Source: Actinomycetes bacterium
GTDB taxonomy: Bacteria > Actinomycetota > Actinomycetes > S36-B12 > UBA5976
DNA: 64,000 bases
Direction of reading: 5' to 3'
Assembly (NCBI GenBank): GCA_037619625.1
Contig: JASJMK010000049.1
Coordinates: 6,995 to 70,994 of the forward strand
Shown piece after piece: positions 47,032 through 56,575 of the stretch (the first letter of the stretch is position 1; every line of letters starts with the position of its first letter). Made by a program: the position numbers and the translations under genes. The notes under the pieces are model-generated. The model saw nothing but the letters and a program-made list of their open reading frames with translations. It did not search any database and was not told the DNA's origin.

Positions 47032-49203
47032 GTGGCAAATAAATCACGCAAACCTAAGCGCAAACTTCGACGAATCTTGCCATCAATTCGGCAATTACTT
47101 GTAGTTGCGCTGGTTGGATTTGGATTAGCTGTACTGGCACTTTCCTTTTCGGTGCGAGTAGCAGCCGTGCCGGCGCCCAGTGAGATCTCGGTTGCGCAAA
47201 CTTCGATCCTTTATTACGACGATGGCGTAACTGAACTTGGTCGACTTGGCGAAGCTAATCGGGTATCGGTCAACATGGAACAGATTCCGTTATTCACCCA
47301 GCAAGCGATACTGGCAGCTGAAGATCGCGATTTCTATAATCACGGTGGGTTCTCGATTCGCGGAATTTCCCGCGCAATTTTTACGAATTTAATTGGTGCC
47401 TCTGGAGCCGGTGGTGGCTCTACCATCACGCAACAATATGCAAAGAATGCCTATCTAACGCAAGAGCGAACGTTATCGAGGAAATACAAAGAACTCGTAC
47501 TTTCAATAAAACTCGAAACGATAGTAGCGAAAGATCAAATCTTAAATGATTATTTAAACACCATTTATTTCGGTCGCGGTTCATATGGAATTGCAACAGC
47601 AGCTAATCAATATTTCGATAAAAATGTTGTGGAATTAAACCTTTCTGAATCCGCGCTGCTAGCCGCCATAATTCAGGCCCCAAATGGATTAGCGCCAGAA
47701 GAAAATCTGGAGCGTTTAACTAATCGTTGGAATTATGTTTTGGATGGCATGGCAGTACAAGGCTGGATTACTGCCGAAGAACGAAGCAATGTGCAGTTCC
47801 CAATGATTGTGCCTAACGAATCCTTCAATACTTTTGGTGGCCCGCAAGGTTACCTAATTGAACAAGTGCGACAAACTATGTTTGAAAATGGAATTACTGA
47901 AGATCAAATTAATTTGTCAGGCTTACGAGTCATAACAACATTTAACAAAGTTGCGCAAGATGCATTATTCAAAGCGGTACTAGAAGAAGGACCAACTGAG
48001 AATATTGAAGGATTAAGAATTGGAGTCGCCTCGGTACGTCCCGAGACTGGTGAAGTAGTTGCAATTTATGGCGGGGCAGATTATTTATTAAACCAATTTA
48101 ATAACGCTACCCAGATGATCGGACAGGCTGGCTCAACTTTCAAACCGTTTACTTTGGCAGCCGCACTTGAAAACAATGTAACTCTGGCTACAACATTCAG
48201 TGGACTAAATAAAACCATGGTTGATAACTACGAAGTAGTGAACTACGGCGACAAATCCTACGGTGATCAAATCACACTGCTTAATGCCACGGAGAACTCA
48301 GTGAACTCTGCCTACGTCGAGCTAGCTAATTTAGTTGGACGCGAAGTAGTTTTCGAAGCCGCAAAGCGCGCAGGCATTCCAGCGGACACCGTTGGTATGG
48401 AACCAAATCTTGCATTCACTCTCGGCACCACTAGTCCAAATGTTGTTGACATTGCTGCTGCCTATGCCACATTCGCATCACGTGGATTGCAAGTTTCGCC
48501 GTCATACATAATTTCAGTAACAGCAAGTAGTGGTGAAGTAATTCTTCAACTCGCACCTAAACCAGTGCAGGCCTTTAGTACTGACATCGCAGACACCGTG
48601 AACTACGCACTACAAAAAGTTGTTACGGCCGGCACGGGAAAGGCAGCTAAAGCCCTTGGTCGCCCAGTTGCTGGAAAAACCGGAACGACAAATGAAAATA
48701 AATCAGCACTATTTGCGGGCTACACCCCAGAGTTAGCAACTGCGGTGATGTTTGTGAAAGACGGACCTGATGGTCAGCCAATGAGTCTTGCTGGAACGGG
48801 TGGTCTAACTAAAGTAACTGGTGGTTCTTACCCAGCCCGAATATTTACCGCTTATATGAAGGGCGCATTGGCTGACAAGCCAGTGACAAAGTTTGCACCC
48901 TTACCAACAGGAGCGCCAGATGGTGCAAACCCAACAAGCAGTCCAGTTGCATCGCCTTTCCCATCTGGTCTGCCAGGTGTGCAAGCACCGGTAGTAACCG
49001 CAGTTGCGGTACCAGATTTGCTGGGGAAATCCATATCCGAAGCACTTGTGCTGCTATCCGGCGCAAATTTAATGGGTAATTTTGTAATGAGTGATGGCGG
49101 AGCGCTGCCAGCAAATACCGCAGCGTTAATAGTTGTGAGTCAAAGCCTGGTAGCTAATTCTGCTGTTCCTGCTGGCACCACAATAATAATTTCAGTTAAG
49201 TAA
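47032..49203 (+). CDS. ponA1: Class A penicillin-binding protein with a C-terminal PASTA domain
   Basis: EDRDFYNHGG, GGSTITQQ, STFK and KTGTT. The C-terminal PASTA-like segment reads VPDLLGKSISEALVLL...GTTIIISV. It uses a GTG start. Confidence 0.92.
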   Translation: MANKSRKPKRKLRRILPSIRQLLVVALVGFGLAVLALSFSVRVAAVPAPSEISVAQTSILYYDDGVTELGRLGEANRVSVNMEQIPLFTQQAILAAEDRDFYNHGGFSIRGISRAIFTNLIGASGAGGGSTITQQYAKNAYLTQERTLSRKYKELVLSIKLETIVAKDQILNDYLNTIYFGRGSYGIATAANQYFDKNVVELNLSESALLAAIIQAPNGLAPEENLERLTNRWNYVLDGMAVQGWITAEERSNVQFPMIVPNESFNTFGGPQGYLIEQVRQTMFENGITEDQINLSGLRVITTFNKVAQDALFKAVLEEGPTENIEGLRIGVASVRPETGEVVAIYGGADYLLNQFNNATQMIGQAGSTFKPFTLAAALENNVTLATTFSGLNKTMVDNYEVVNYGDKSYGDQITLLNATENSVNSAYVELANLVGREVVFEAAKRAGIPADTVGMEPNLAFTLGTTSPNVVDIAAAYATFASRGLQVSPSYIISVTASSGEVILQLAPKPVQAFSTDIADTVNYALQKVVTAGTGKAAKALGRPVAGKTGTTNENKSALFAGYTPELATAVMFVKDGPDGQPMSLAGTGGLTKVTGGSYPARIFTAYMKGALADKPVTKFAPLPTGAPDGANPTSSPVASPFPSGLPGVQAPVVTAVAVPDLLGKSISEALVLLSGANLMGNFVMSDGGALPANTAALIVVSQSLVANSAVPAGTTIIISVK

Positions 49204-49220
49204 ATACTTTCAGGTTCTAA

Positions 49221-50369
49221 TTAATCAAGACCAAGTACTTGATCAAAAACTGTAGTTGTATTGCGCACATTACAAACTAATTTGTCACCAACTTTGTCGG
49301 ATGAATCATGCGCCCACAGAAGTGAGACATGCATGTGTGGGGGCTCAGCAAATATCATGTTATGGCCACGAGCACTAAATGGTGAGCGCACTTTTCCAAA
49401 AGCTTGAGTGAAGCCTTCCGCAACGGCAATACCTCGTTTTCGAAAACTTGATCTTGGTGTTGGTGCAGCAAGTGCGACGCCATGGGAAGTTCCACCACTT
49501 ACAACAATTAGGCGACGCTGCCCGTTAGTTGAAACTTGCTGGTAGCCAACTTGCGATGTGCCAGCAAGATCATGAATTTCCAATATCGTCCCACTAACTG
49601 TCAGTGCAGTTGGGGCGCCGAGCCACAAAGAAGTGCCAACACGTAAATCAAAATCAACGGAGAAGTTGTAGCTAACACACATTTCTTTCAGGGCTTCAAC
49701 ATCCTCCGCGCAAACATGCGACAAGCTCAAGTGCACGGGGAAACCCTGGGCAACTGCAACTTCTTGGTACTTACCGATCCAGTCCCAGATTTCTAATACC
49801 TTTCCAGATAATTTATTGCTATCAACTGCAATAGAAACTTCAGCGGTAGGACCAGATACTTTTTCAGAATCAGCAATTGGTAAATGCAGCGACATACCAA
49901 GAACCGTAAGAGTTCCTAGATGGCTTTGCGCAATCGTGGAAAAATCTGATTTCGATATTCCAAAACGATGAAGTGATGTCAGGCCCTCTAAATAAATAAG
50001 TGAAGCCCCAGCTGCTCTCGCTGCTGCAAAATCTAAATCACTCAAAGTAAGAATCACGCGAGCTGCATTATTTTTTAATATTGAGCTCCACTGCGCAACA
50101 GCTGATGTGTCAGCAGAATTAAATGGCTCAAGAACAACAACTTCACCGGAGAATTTAGCTAGCGCATCGGATAATTCCCAAACTGTTCCTACGGCAATTC
50201 GATTTAACCCTAAGTTACTGGCTTCCTTAGCTAAAACTCCACGAGTAAATCCGTATCCGTTACCTTTAATCACTGGTACAAGTTGCGCGCCCGTTGCCTG
50301 AAGTTCATCCACTACAGCACTTAGGTGCTGCCGAAATTTAGTCGCATCTACGGTTAGTGAAAAAGTCAT
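49221..50369 (-). CDS. Alanine-racemase-family (fold-type III PLP) protein
   Basis: PLP-lysine context PVIKGNGYGF, and later HRFG and VGYQQV. The sequence is divergent from housekeeping Alr. Confidence 0.65.
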   Translation of the reverse strand: MTFSLTVDATKFRQHLSAVVDELQATGAQLVPVIKGNGYGFTRGVLAKEASNLGLNRIAVGTVWELSDALAKFSGEVVVLEPFNSADTSAVAQWSSILKNNAARVILTLSDLDFAAARAAGASLIYLEGLTSLHRFGISKSDFSTIAQSHLGTLTVLGMSLHLPIADSEKVSGPTAEVSIAVDSNKLSGKVLEIWDWIGKYQEVAVAQGFPVHLSLSHVCAEDVEALKEMCVSYNFSVDFDLRVGTSLWLGAPTALTVSGTILEIHDLAGTSQVGYQQVSTNGQRRLIVVSGGTSHGVALAAPTPRSSFRKRGIAVAEGFTQAFGKVRSPFSARGHNMIFAEPPHMHVSLLWAHDSSDKVGDKLVCNVRNTTTVFDQVLGLD

Positions 50370-50372
50370 AAG

Positions 50373-51494
50373 TTAACTCCGTCTCGACATGTAGAAATCG
50401 AAAGCATTAGCCCAAGCTGGAGAAAGTACATAATCCCATTCACCTACATATTCTTGCGCGTAGCCACCCGTTCCGAGCTTGAATTGGATTAAACCAAATA
50501 GGTGATTGTTGGAATCCAGCGTGTCTGATATCCCACGCATGTCATAAACAGCAGCACCGTCGCGTATGGCTATTTTGATCATTTCCCATTGCACAGCATT
50601 ACTAGGCCGCAATTCCCGCGCCGCGGTTGCCGATGCACCATAGGAATACCAAGCATGATTACCAACGCGAGTCATAGTGGTAGCTGCCAGTGCGCCAACG
50701 TGATCTGGATGGCTAGCTATAAACAGCGCGATCCTTTCAATGGATTCATCCCGCATCGCAGTCCACATAGTTTGAAAATAGGCAAGTGATCGAGGCGTGA
50801 AACCATCACGCTTGGCTGTCTCGACATAGCAAACATGAAAAGTTGGAAGATCAGTGATGGTTCCCTGCCTAACTGTCACACCTTCTTTTTCTGCCTTTCG
50901 AATATTTCTGCGCCACTGTTGATTAAAACCCTCGAAAATTTGTTCCTCAGTTTTTCCAGTCAGTGCGATTTGAAAAACGTAACGCGGTTGGAAGTCGCCA
51001 AATCCTGATGCTTCAGCCTTTCGCTGTCGCCAACCCAAAGCAGGTAATTGTTTTAATAAATTAATTCCGTTCGCATTTATTTCATCGGGTGTAACTTCAC
51101 CAATTGTTTTTACCGTGCCTTGCGCTATTACATCTTTAAGTGTTTGGGCATGCCAACGCCGAACCCAAGTGTGCGGACCCATCTTTAATTGAAATACACC
51201 GCGCGCTTTAGCGAAAGTCACCAGGGCACTTAGTGCCATCTCGACGTCTTTCGAACTGTCCCAATTAAGATCTGGACCTTCCGGTAAATACGCCAAATAC
51301 TTTTCAACTTTTGGCACTTTACGTAACAGAATTAAGGCAGCTCCGATAAGTTCTTCACCCTCAAACCAACCAAGGGATTGCGAACTCCAGCCCGTTTTAG
51401 TTTTACCCCAAGCAGGTGTTTGCAGAAATGACACTGAATTTCGGCCAGCAATATATGCAAGATGTCGTTCGGATGTTATTTGGCGAACCTGCAC
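50373..51494 (-). CDS. FemAB-family peptidoglycan bridge-formation aminoacyltransferase
   Basis: 373 aa. The N-terminal FLQTPAWGKTK and the overall pattern are typical of FemX-like lipid II aminoacyltransferases. Confidence 0.8.
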   Translation of the reverse strand: MQVRQITSERHLAYIAGRNSVSFLQTPAWGKTKTGWSSQSLGWFEGEELIGAALILLRKVPKVEKYLAYLPEGPDLNWDSSKDVEMALSALVTFAKARGVFQLKMGPHTWVRRWHAQTLKDVIAQGTVKTIGEVTPDEINANGINLLKQLPALGWRQRKAEASGFGDFQPRYVFQIALTGKTEEQIFEGFNQQWRRNIRKAEKEGVTVRQGTITDLPTFHVCYVETAKRDGFTPRSLAYFQTMWTAMRDESIERIALFIASHPDHVGALAATTMTRVGNHAWYSYGASATAARELRPSNAVQWEMIKIAIRDGAAVYDMRGISDTLDSNNHLFGLIQFKLGTGGYAQEYVGEWDYVLSPAWANAFDFYMSRRS

Positions 51495-51541
51495 GTCTTA
51501 AATCTACCTATGCTGTTGGGGATCTTTGGGGATTTAGTTTT

Positions 51542-52321
51542 TTACAGAGCCTGGCGCAGCAAAGCTAAGTCAGCTGCAACTGCGTCAAATGGTGTTTCAA
51601 GGACGATTGGCGCATTAGCAGTTTTAAGACAGTGCAATATATTTTCCATATTGACGCAACCTTGCCCAAGATTTGCGTGGCGATCAGCGCCCGAGTCAAA
51701 AACGTCCCGACTGTCGTTGCAGTGCACTAAGTCAATGCGTCCAGTAATTGCAAGAATCGTTTCAGCAACGTTTGCCATATCTATTCCACCAGCATGCGCA
51801 TGGCAGGTATCTAAACAAAAACCAACGCCAGTATCGCCAACTGCCCCCCAAAGAGCCTTAATGGATTCCAGTCTTCGCGCCATTGAATGTTTTCCACCAG
51901 CAGTATTTTCGATGTAAACCGGCACTTTCATATCAAGTTGATTCAGCGCCTTAACCCAATTAGCGACGCCAACTTCTGGATCGTCACCTTCAGTGACGTG
52001 ACCCCCATGCACAATGACAGCCTTCGCCCCCACTGCAGCGGCTGCATCTACATCAGTCTGTAAGAGTTTTCGGCTAGGAATTCTTACCTTGTTATTAGTA
52101 GTGGCCACATTAATGATGTAACGAGCATGGACATAGATATCGATACCTGCTTTTTCGGCACTTGCCTTAAGCCCTTCGGCGCCATCTGGATGCGGAAACA
52201 CCGAGCTCTTCCAACCTTGCGGGTCTGCCAAAAAAATTTGAATATGATCAAGTCCAAGAGCGCTGGCTCCAGCTATCGGATCATCGCCGCCAACATGTGC
52301 GCCAATTGCCAGTTTTCCCAT
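51542..52321 (-). CDS. nfo: Deoxyribonuclease IV (endonuclease IV)
   Basis: TIM-barrel AP endonuclease motifs: VIVHGGH, YIENTAGG, CLDTCHAHAGG and HCNDS. Confidence 0.9.
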   Translation of the reverse strand: MGKLAIGAHVGGDDPIAGASALGLDHIQIFLADPQGWKSSVFPHPDGAEGLKASAEKAGIDIYVHARYIINVATTNNKVRIPSRKLLQTDVDAAAAVGAKAVIVHGGHVTEGDDPEVGVANWVKALNQLDMKVPVYIENTAGGKHSMARRLESIKALWGAVGDTGVGFCLDTCHAHAGGIDMANVAETILAITGRIDLVHCNDSRDVFDSGADRHANLGQGCVNMENILHCLKTANAPIVLETPFDAVAADLALLRQAL

Positions 52322-52431
52322 AAATTAAGGGTACTTGTCCAAATAAACCAAGGAGTCCAGGGTTATCGGACTTTGCTGTGGACAAGGTTTTTTCAACTGG
52401 CAAAAGTACCCTAGAATAAAGGTTCTTGATC

Positions 52432-52474
52432 CCTCCTGCCACGGAAAGACCGTGGCCGATTAGTCCACAGGAGG
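52432..52474 (+). promoter_or_regulatory. Candidate RBS-sequestering leader structure of the rpsF operon
   Basis: CCTCCTG (52432-38) can pair with CAGGAGG (52468-74), which is the rpsF Shine-Dalgarno. The pairing encloses a hairpin CCACGG-AAAGA-CCGTGG (52439-55). A TAGAAT -10-like hexamer lies at 52412-17. Confidence 0.45.
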
Positions 52475-52485
52475 TGGGTATCAGA

Positions 52486-52776
52486 ATGCGTCACTACGAA
52501 GTAGTAGTAATCCTAGATCCCGAGCTCGAAGAGCGAACGGTAGCACCCTCACTTGATGCGTTTTTAAACGTAATTAAGACTGAAGGCGGAACTGTTGGCA
52601 AAGTCGATATCTGGGGTCGTCGCCGTATGGCATACGAAATCAATAAAAAGGGCGAAGGTATTTACGCCCTACTTGACGTCAATTGCTCACCTGCAGCAGT
52701 TGCCGAACTAGATCGTCAATTGGGACTCAATGAATCAGTGCTTCGCACTAAAGTCATGCGTCTCGATGTGAAATAG
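52486..52776 (+). CDS. rpsF: 30S ribosomal protein S6
   Basis: [12 protein letters not shown]... with the RBS GGAGGTG at 52470-76. The ORF-track start at 52426 is an over-extension. Confidence 0.96.
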   Translation: MRHYEVVVILDPELEERTVAPSLDAFLNVIKTEGGTVGKVDIWGRRRMAYEINKKGEGIYALLDVNCSPAAVAELDRQLGLNESVLRTKVMRLDVK

Positions 52777-52785
52777 AGGTAAATC

Positions 52786-53253
52786 ATGGCACAAGGCGAT
52801 GTAACGGTAACCGTAATTGGAAACCTAACAAGTGACCCTGAGTTACGTTTTACCCCTAATGGCTTGGCTGTTGCCTCATTTACTGTTGCTTCAACAACAC
52901 GAATACTTGATCGCACATCTAATGAATGGAAAGACGGCGATACGCTGTTTCTTCGTTGCAGCGTCTGGCGTCAGTATGCCGAGAATGTTGCGGAATCTCT
53001 TACTAAGGGAACCCGAGTTCTTGTCACTGGTCGCCTAAAGCAGCGTTCATATGAAACCAAAGAGGGCGAAAAGCGCACTGTGGTTGAAATGGAAGTTGAC
53101 GACGTCGGTCCAGCTCTAAAAAACGCCACAGCAAAAGTAAATCGTGTCACAAAAGGCGATAGTGGTTACAGCGGTGGCGGCAACGCAACAGCTGCGCCAT
53201 CCGATGATCCATGGGCTGCATCCGCACCCGCTGGTGACGAACCACCGTTTTAA
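52786..53253 (+). CDS. ssb: Single-stranded DNA-binding protein
   Basis: An OB-fold N-terminus, a Gly-rich linker and the acidic tip DEPPF. Confidence 0.96.
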   Translation: MAQGDVTVTVIGNLTSDPELRFTPNGLAVASFTVASTTRILDRTSNEWKDGDTLFLRCSVWRQYAENVAESLTKGTRVLVTGRLKQRSYETKEGEKRTVVEMEVDDVGPALKNATAKVNRVTKGDSGYSGGGNATAAPSDDPWAASAPAGDEPPF

Positions 53254-53331
53254 TAGACAACTCATCCATCCACCTCAACATTTGTTGAACTACCATTCCG
53301 GATTGAACCGGGCTTCCTAAGGAGCACCACA

Positions 53332-53568
53332 ATGGCTAAGCCACCAATTAAGAAATTTAAGCCGAAGGTCTGCGCGTTTTGTCGCAAAGACGCATCTGCA
53401 ATTGATTACAAAGACATCCCGACCTTGCGTAAGTTCATTTCTGATCGCGGCAAGATTCGGGCTCGTCGTATTACAGGTAACTGCACCCAACACCAGCGCG
53501 ATATCGCAAACGCCGTTAAAAACGCGCGCGAGATTGCACTGCTTCCTTACACTTCAACAGCGCGATAA
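53332..53568 (+). CDS. rpsR: 30S ribosomal protein S18
   Basis: 78 aa, with CAFCRK...IDYKD...[10 protein letters not shown]. Confidence 0.96.
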   Translation: MAKPPIKKFKPKVCAFCRKDASAIDYKDIPTLRKFISDRGKIRARRITGNCTQHQRDIANAVKNAREIALLPYTSTAR

Positions 53569-53581
53569 GGAGAGCTGACTT

Positions 53582-54025
53582 ATGAAACTAATTTTGACTC
53601 AGGAAGTCTCTGGACTTGGCGCTGCTGGTGATGTTGTTGACGTGAAGTCCGGCTTTGGTCGTAACTTTCTCGTACCTCAGGGTCTAGCAACACAATGGAC
53701 TCGGGGCGGAGAAAAGCAGGTCACACAAATTAAGCGCGCACGTAATAAGCGCTCAGTTCGCGACCAAGATCATGCCTTAGAAATCAAGGCTGCTTTAGAA
53801 GCAGCTCCAATTGTGATTTCTGCTCGTGCTGGCAGTGAAGGCCGACTATTTGGATCCATCACCGTTGGCGACATCGCATCTTCAATTCGCGTTGTTGATG
53901 TAGACAAGCGCAAGATAATTCTGGCGGCTCCAATTAAGAACGCTGGGCGCCATGAAGTAACGGTCCGTCTGCATGCAGATGTTCTTGCAACAGTCGTACT
54001 TGATGTACGAGGCAGCAAAAAGTAA
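53582..54025 (+). CDS. rplI: 50S ribosomal protein L9
   Basis: [30 protein letters not shown]. Confidence 0.96.
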   Translation: MKLILTQEVSGLGAAGDVVDVKSGFGRNFLVPQGLATQWTRGGEKQVTQIKRARNKRSVRDQDHALEIKAALEAAPIVISARAGSEGRLFGSITVGDIASSIRVVDVDKRKIILAAPIKNAGRHEVTVRLHADVLATVVLDVRGSKK

Positions 54026-54037
54026 TAAGTATTATGT

Positions 54038-54074
54038 AAAAGTGCCCACGAGAAATCGTGGGCACTTTTGTTTT
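54038..54074 (+). terminator. Rho-independent terminator of the rpsF-ssb-rpsR-rplI operon
   Basis: A 13-bp stem, AAAAGTGCCCACG / CGTGGGCACTTTT, with a 6-nt loop, followed by a T-rich tail TTTTGTTTT. Confidence 0.85.
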
Positions 54075-54131
54075 GGCTAAAGGTAATTCGCCACGCGGGT
54101 TTAGCAAGATTTGTAATCGTGTGCAAGAATT

Positions 54132-54656
54132 ATGAATATGACATCAACTATGACTTTCCATACCAATCACGGCGACATCAATATAAATATTTTTGATAAT
54201 CACGCACCTAAAACTGCAGATAAGATTCTTGGACTTGCAGAAGGAACCCATGAGTGGACGCATCCAGCAACTGGCGTTAAAGGAACAACTCCGCTTTATG
54301 ACGCAACGATATTTCACCGCATTATTCCTGGGTTCATGATTCAGGGTGGCGATCCACTTGGGCAGGGAACTGGTGGACCGGGATTTCGCTTTGAGGATGA
54401 GCCACATCCAGAGTTAGTTTTTGATCGCCCTTACCTTTTAGCTATGGCCAATTCTGGACCAAACACTAACGGCTCCCAATTCTTTATCACTGTGGCTGCA
54501 ACTGATTGGCTTAACTTTAAGCACACAATTTTCGGTGAGGTAGCAGACCAGGCAAGTCGCGATGTCGTAGATGTAATCGCTGGCGTTCCAACTGGACAGA
54601 TGGATCGTCCAGTTAACGATGTTGTTATCGAGAGCGTTACCGTCTCCAGAGATTAA
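54132..54656 (+). CDS. ppiA: Cyclophilin-type peptidyl-prolyl cis-trans isomerase
   Basis: FHRIIPGFMIQGGDP and GSQFFIT. Confidence 0.95.
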   Translation: MNMTSTMTFHTNHGDININIFDNHAPKTADKILGLAEGTHEWTHPATGVKGTTPLYDATIFHRIIPGFMIQGGDPLGQGTGGPGFRFEDEPHPELVFDRPYLLAMANSGPNTNGSQFFITVAATDWLNFKHTIFGEVADQASRDVVDVIAGVPTGQMDRPVNDVVIESVTVSRD

Positions 54657-54658
54657 GT

Positions 54659-55453
54659 GTGACTAACACTTGTTACCGTCATACCGACAGTGAAGCTTAT
54701 GTTTCATGCGGTCGGTGTGATCGAACAATTTGTCCAGACTGCATGATCAGTGCACCAGTTGGCTTTCAATGTCCTGAATGTGTTGCAGCTGGTCGAGTAG
54801 CGGTTCCTAAAAATCGCTTTGGTGGCTCATTTAATACTGTGCCAAAAGTGACTCGATGGATACTAATAACTTGCGTAAGCATTTTCGTTCTGGAACTTTT
54901 ATTGGGCGGTGTTAACGGATTTGCCCTGATCTTTGGCATGATGCCCATCGCAATTGTGCAGGGTGAATGGTGGCGACTGATAACTTCCACCTTGTTGCAT
55001 GGCAGTATCTTGCACTTGCTTTTTAATATGTACGCGCTGTATTGGCTCGGTCCGCAACTTGAGCGAACTTTAGGATATTTACGCTTTGGCGCTTTATATT
55101 TTCTAGCAGCTTTGGGCGGCAGCGTTGCTTCGTATTGGTTTTCACCAATTTATACCGTCTCAGTTGGGGCAAGCGGGGCGATCTTTGGTTTGATTACCGC
55201 CACCATTGTTATCGGTCGCCAGATGAACTCAGATGTATCGCAACTCTTAATTTTGCTCGGCATCAATGTGGTTATCGGTTTCGCCCAGCCAAATATTGAT
55301 TGGCGGGCCCATTTTGGCGGCGCCGTAGTTGGCGCTGCAATTGCGTACATATTCAGTAAAGGCACTCGGTTAAACCGAGATCGAATCCACGCAGTTGGAA
55401 CCGGTGGGATTCTGGCTTTGCTAGTTTTGGCCACAATGGCCCGCGTAATTTAG
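54659..55453 (+). CDS. Rhomboid-family intramembrane serine protease with an N-terminal zinc ribbon
   Basis: Two CxxC pairs at the N-terminus, the rhomboid motifs LHGSILHLLFNM, and the catalytic GASGAIFG. Confidence 0.9.
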   Translation: MTNTCYRHTDSEAYVSCGRCDRTICPDCMISAPVGFQCPECVAAGRVAVPKNRFGGSFNTVPKVTRWILITCVSIFVLELLLGGVNGFALIFGMMPIAIVQGEWWRLITSTLLHGSILHLLFNMYALYWLGPQLERTLGYLRFGALYFLAALGGSVASYWFSPIYTVSVGASGAIFGLITATIVIGRQMNSDVSQLLILLGINVVIGFAQPNIDWRAHFGGAVVGAAIAYIFSKGTRLNRDRIHAVGTGGILALLVLATMARVI

Positions 55454-55540
55454 TAATCAACTATTAGGGCAGAGCCATTTGGCCATTTAGTTATGCCAAG
55501 GATTTGCTGAGACCACCGAAAATACAGGTAAGGTTTAACC

Positions 55541-55807
55541 ATGCCTAAGTCAAAGTCGCGCAAGTCCAAAGAGCCGGATTACACCCCACCACCAGCTAAG
55601 GTTGCGGAATCCTTCAAAATAGGAAACCCAGTATGGCTAGTTCCAACCATGGTGACCATGTTCATTCTGGGACTGCTGTGGATAGTGGTGTTCTACTTAA
55701 TTGGTAGCCAGGTGCCATTAATGTCTGATTTGGGCAATTTGACCAACATAATGATTGGTTTTGGCTTTATAGGTGTTGGATTTGCCCTTGCCACTCGCTG
55801 GCGGTAA
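55541..55807 (+). CDS. crgA: Cell division protein CrgA
   Basis: 88 aa with a basic N-terminus, two TM helices, and C-terminal ATRWR. Confidence 0.9.
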   Translation: MPKSKSRKSKEPDYTPPPAKVAESFKIGNPVWLVPTMVTMFILGLLWIVVFYLIGSQVPLMSDLGNLTNIMIGFGFIGVGFALATRWR

Positions 55808-55834
55808 ATAACATGGTTGTAATTTCTCCCCAGC

Positions 55835-55854
55835 AGTGGATATCCTGTGGATAA
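55835..55854. promoter_or_regulatory. Pair of DnaA-box-like 9-mers overlapping the DUF881 start codon
   Basis: AGTGGATAT (55835-43) and TGTGGATAA (55846-54, perfect). The GTG at 55847 used by the ORF track lies inside the second box. Confidence 0.45.
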
Positions 55855-56557
55855 CCATGGGCGAGGGTTATCTCGGCGAACTAAAACTGCTTTGGTCACT
55901 ATCTCGGCTGCTTTGGCTGGGTTTCTTTTTGTCGCAAGTGGCATAACGGCCGATGGCACAAATATTCGCACTGGTGGTCTGCAAGATCTTCGCAGTTTAG
56001 TTTTAGAACGAGCTAATAAAGTTGCCGTACTCCAAGGTGAGGTAGATACGCTTTCGCGCGAAGTTAATGACTTGTCCTTAATTAATGTGGATCCAGTTTT
56101 AAGTTCGCAAATTATTGCCTTAGAGCAAGTTACTGGATTAACGCCAGTGACAGGTTCAGCGCTGCAGATATCTTTAAACGACGCGCCGCGGGAACTTGGA
56201 GTTGCCTTAGGGCAAGGTATCGCGCCAGATGATCTTGTAGTTCATCAACAAGATGTGCAAGCAGTAGTTAATGCAATGTGGCGAGGTGGGGCAACTGCAA
56301 TTCAAGTTATGGATCAACGCATCATCAGCACCTCAGCCATTAGATGTGTTGGCAACACACTTTCGCTACAGGGCAGAGTTTATAGTCCACCGTTTGTAGT
56401 TACTGCAGTTGGAAATATTTCAGAACTTCAGCAGGCATTAAGTGTTGAACCTGGAGTATCGCTTTATCGGGAATATGTGAATCGATTCAACTTGGGCTTT
56501 GATGTTTCGATTATTAATCAAGTTACAATTCCAGCTTGGAAGGGATCCATCGAATAA
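55847..56557 (+). CDS. DUF881-like membrane protein (Rv0012-like)
   Basis: 236 aa with an N-terminal TM helix and a coiled-coil segment. It occupies the conserved position next to crgA. Confidence 0.75.
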   Translation: MDNHGRGLSRRTKTALVTISAALAGFLFVASGITADGTNIRTGGLQDLRSLVLERANKVAVLQGEVDTLSREVNDLSLINVDPVLSSQIIALEQVTGLTPVTGSALQISLNDAPRELGVALGQGIAPDDLVVHQQDVQAVVNAMWRGGATAIQVMDQRIISTSAIRCVGNTLSLQGRVYSPPFVVTAVGNISELQQALSVEPGVSLYREYVNRFNLGFDVSIINQVTIPAWKGSIE

Positions 56558-56575
56558 CAGTAACTTGCAAAATTC

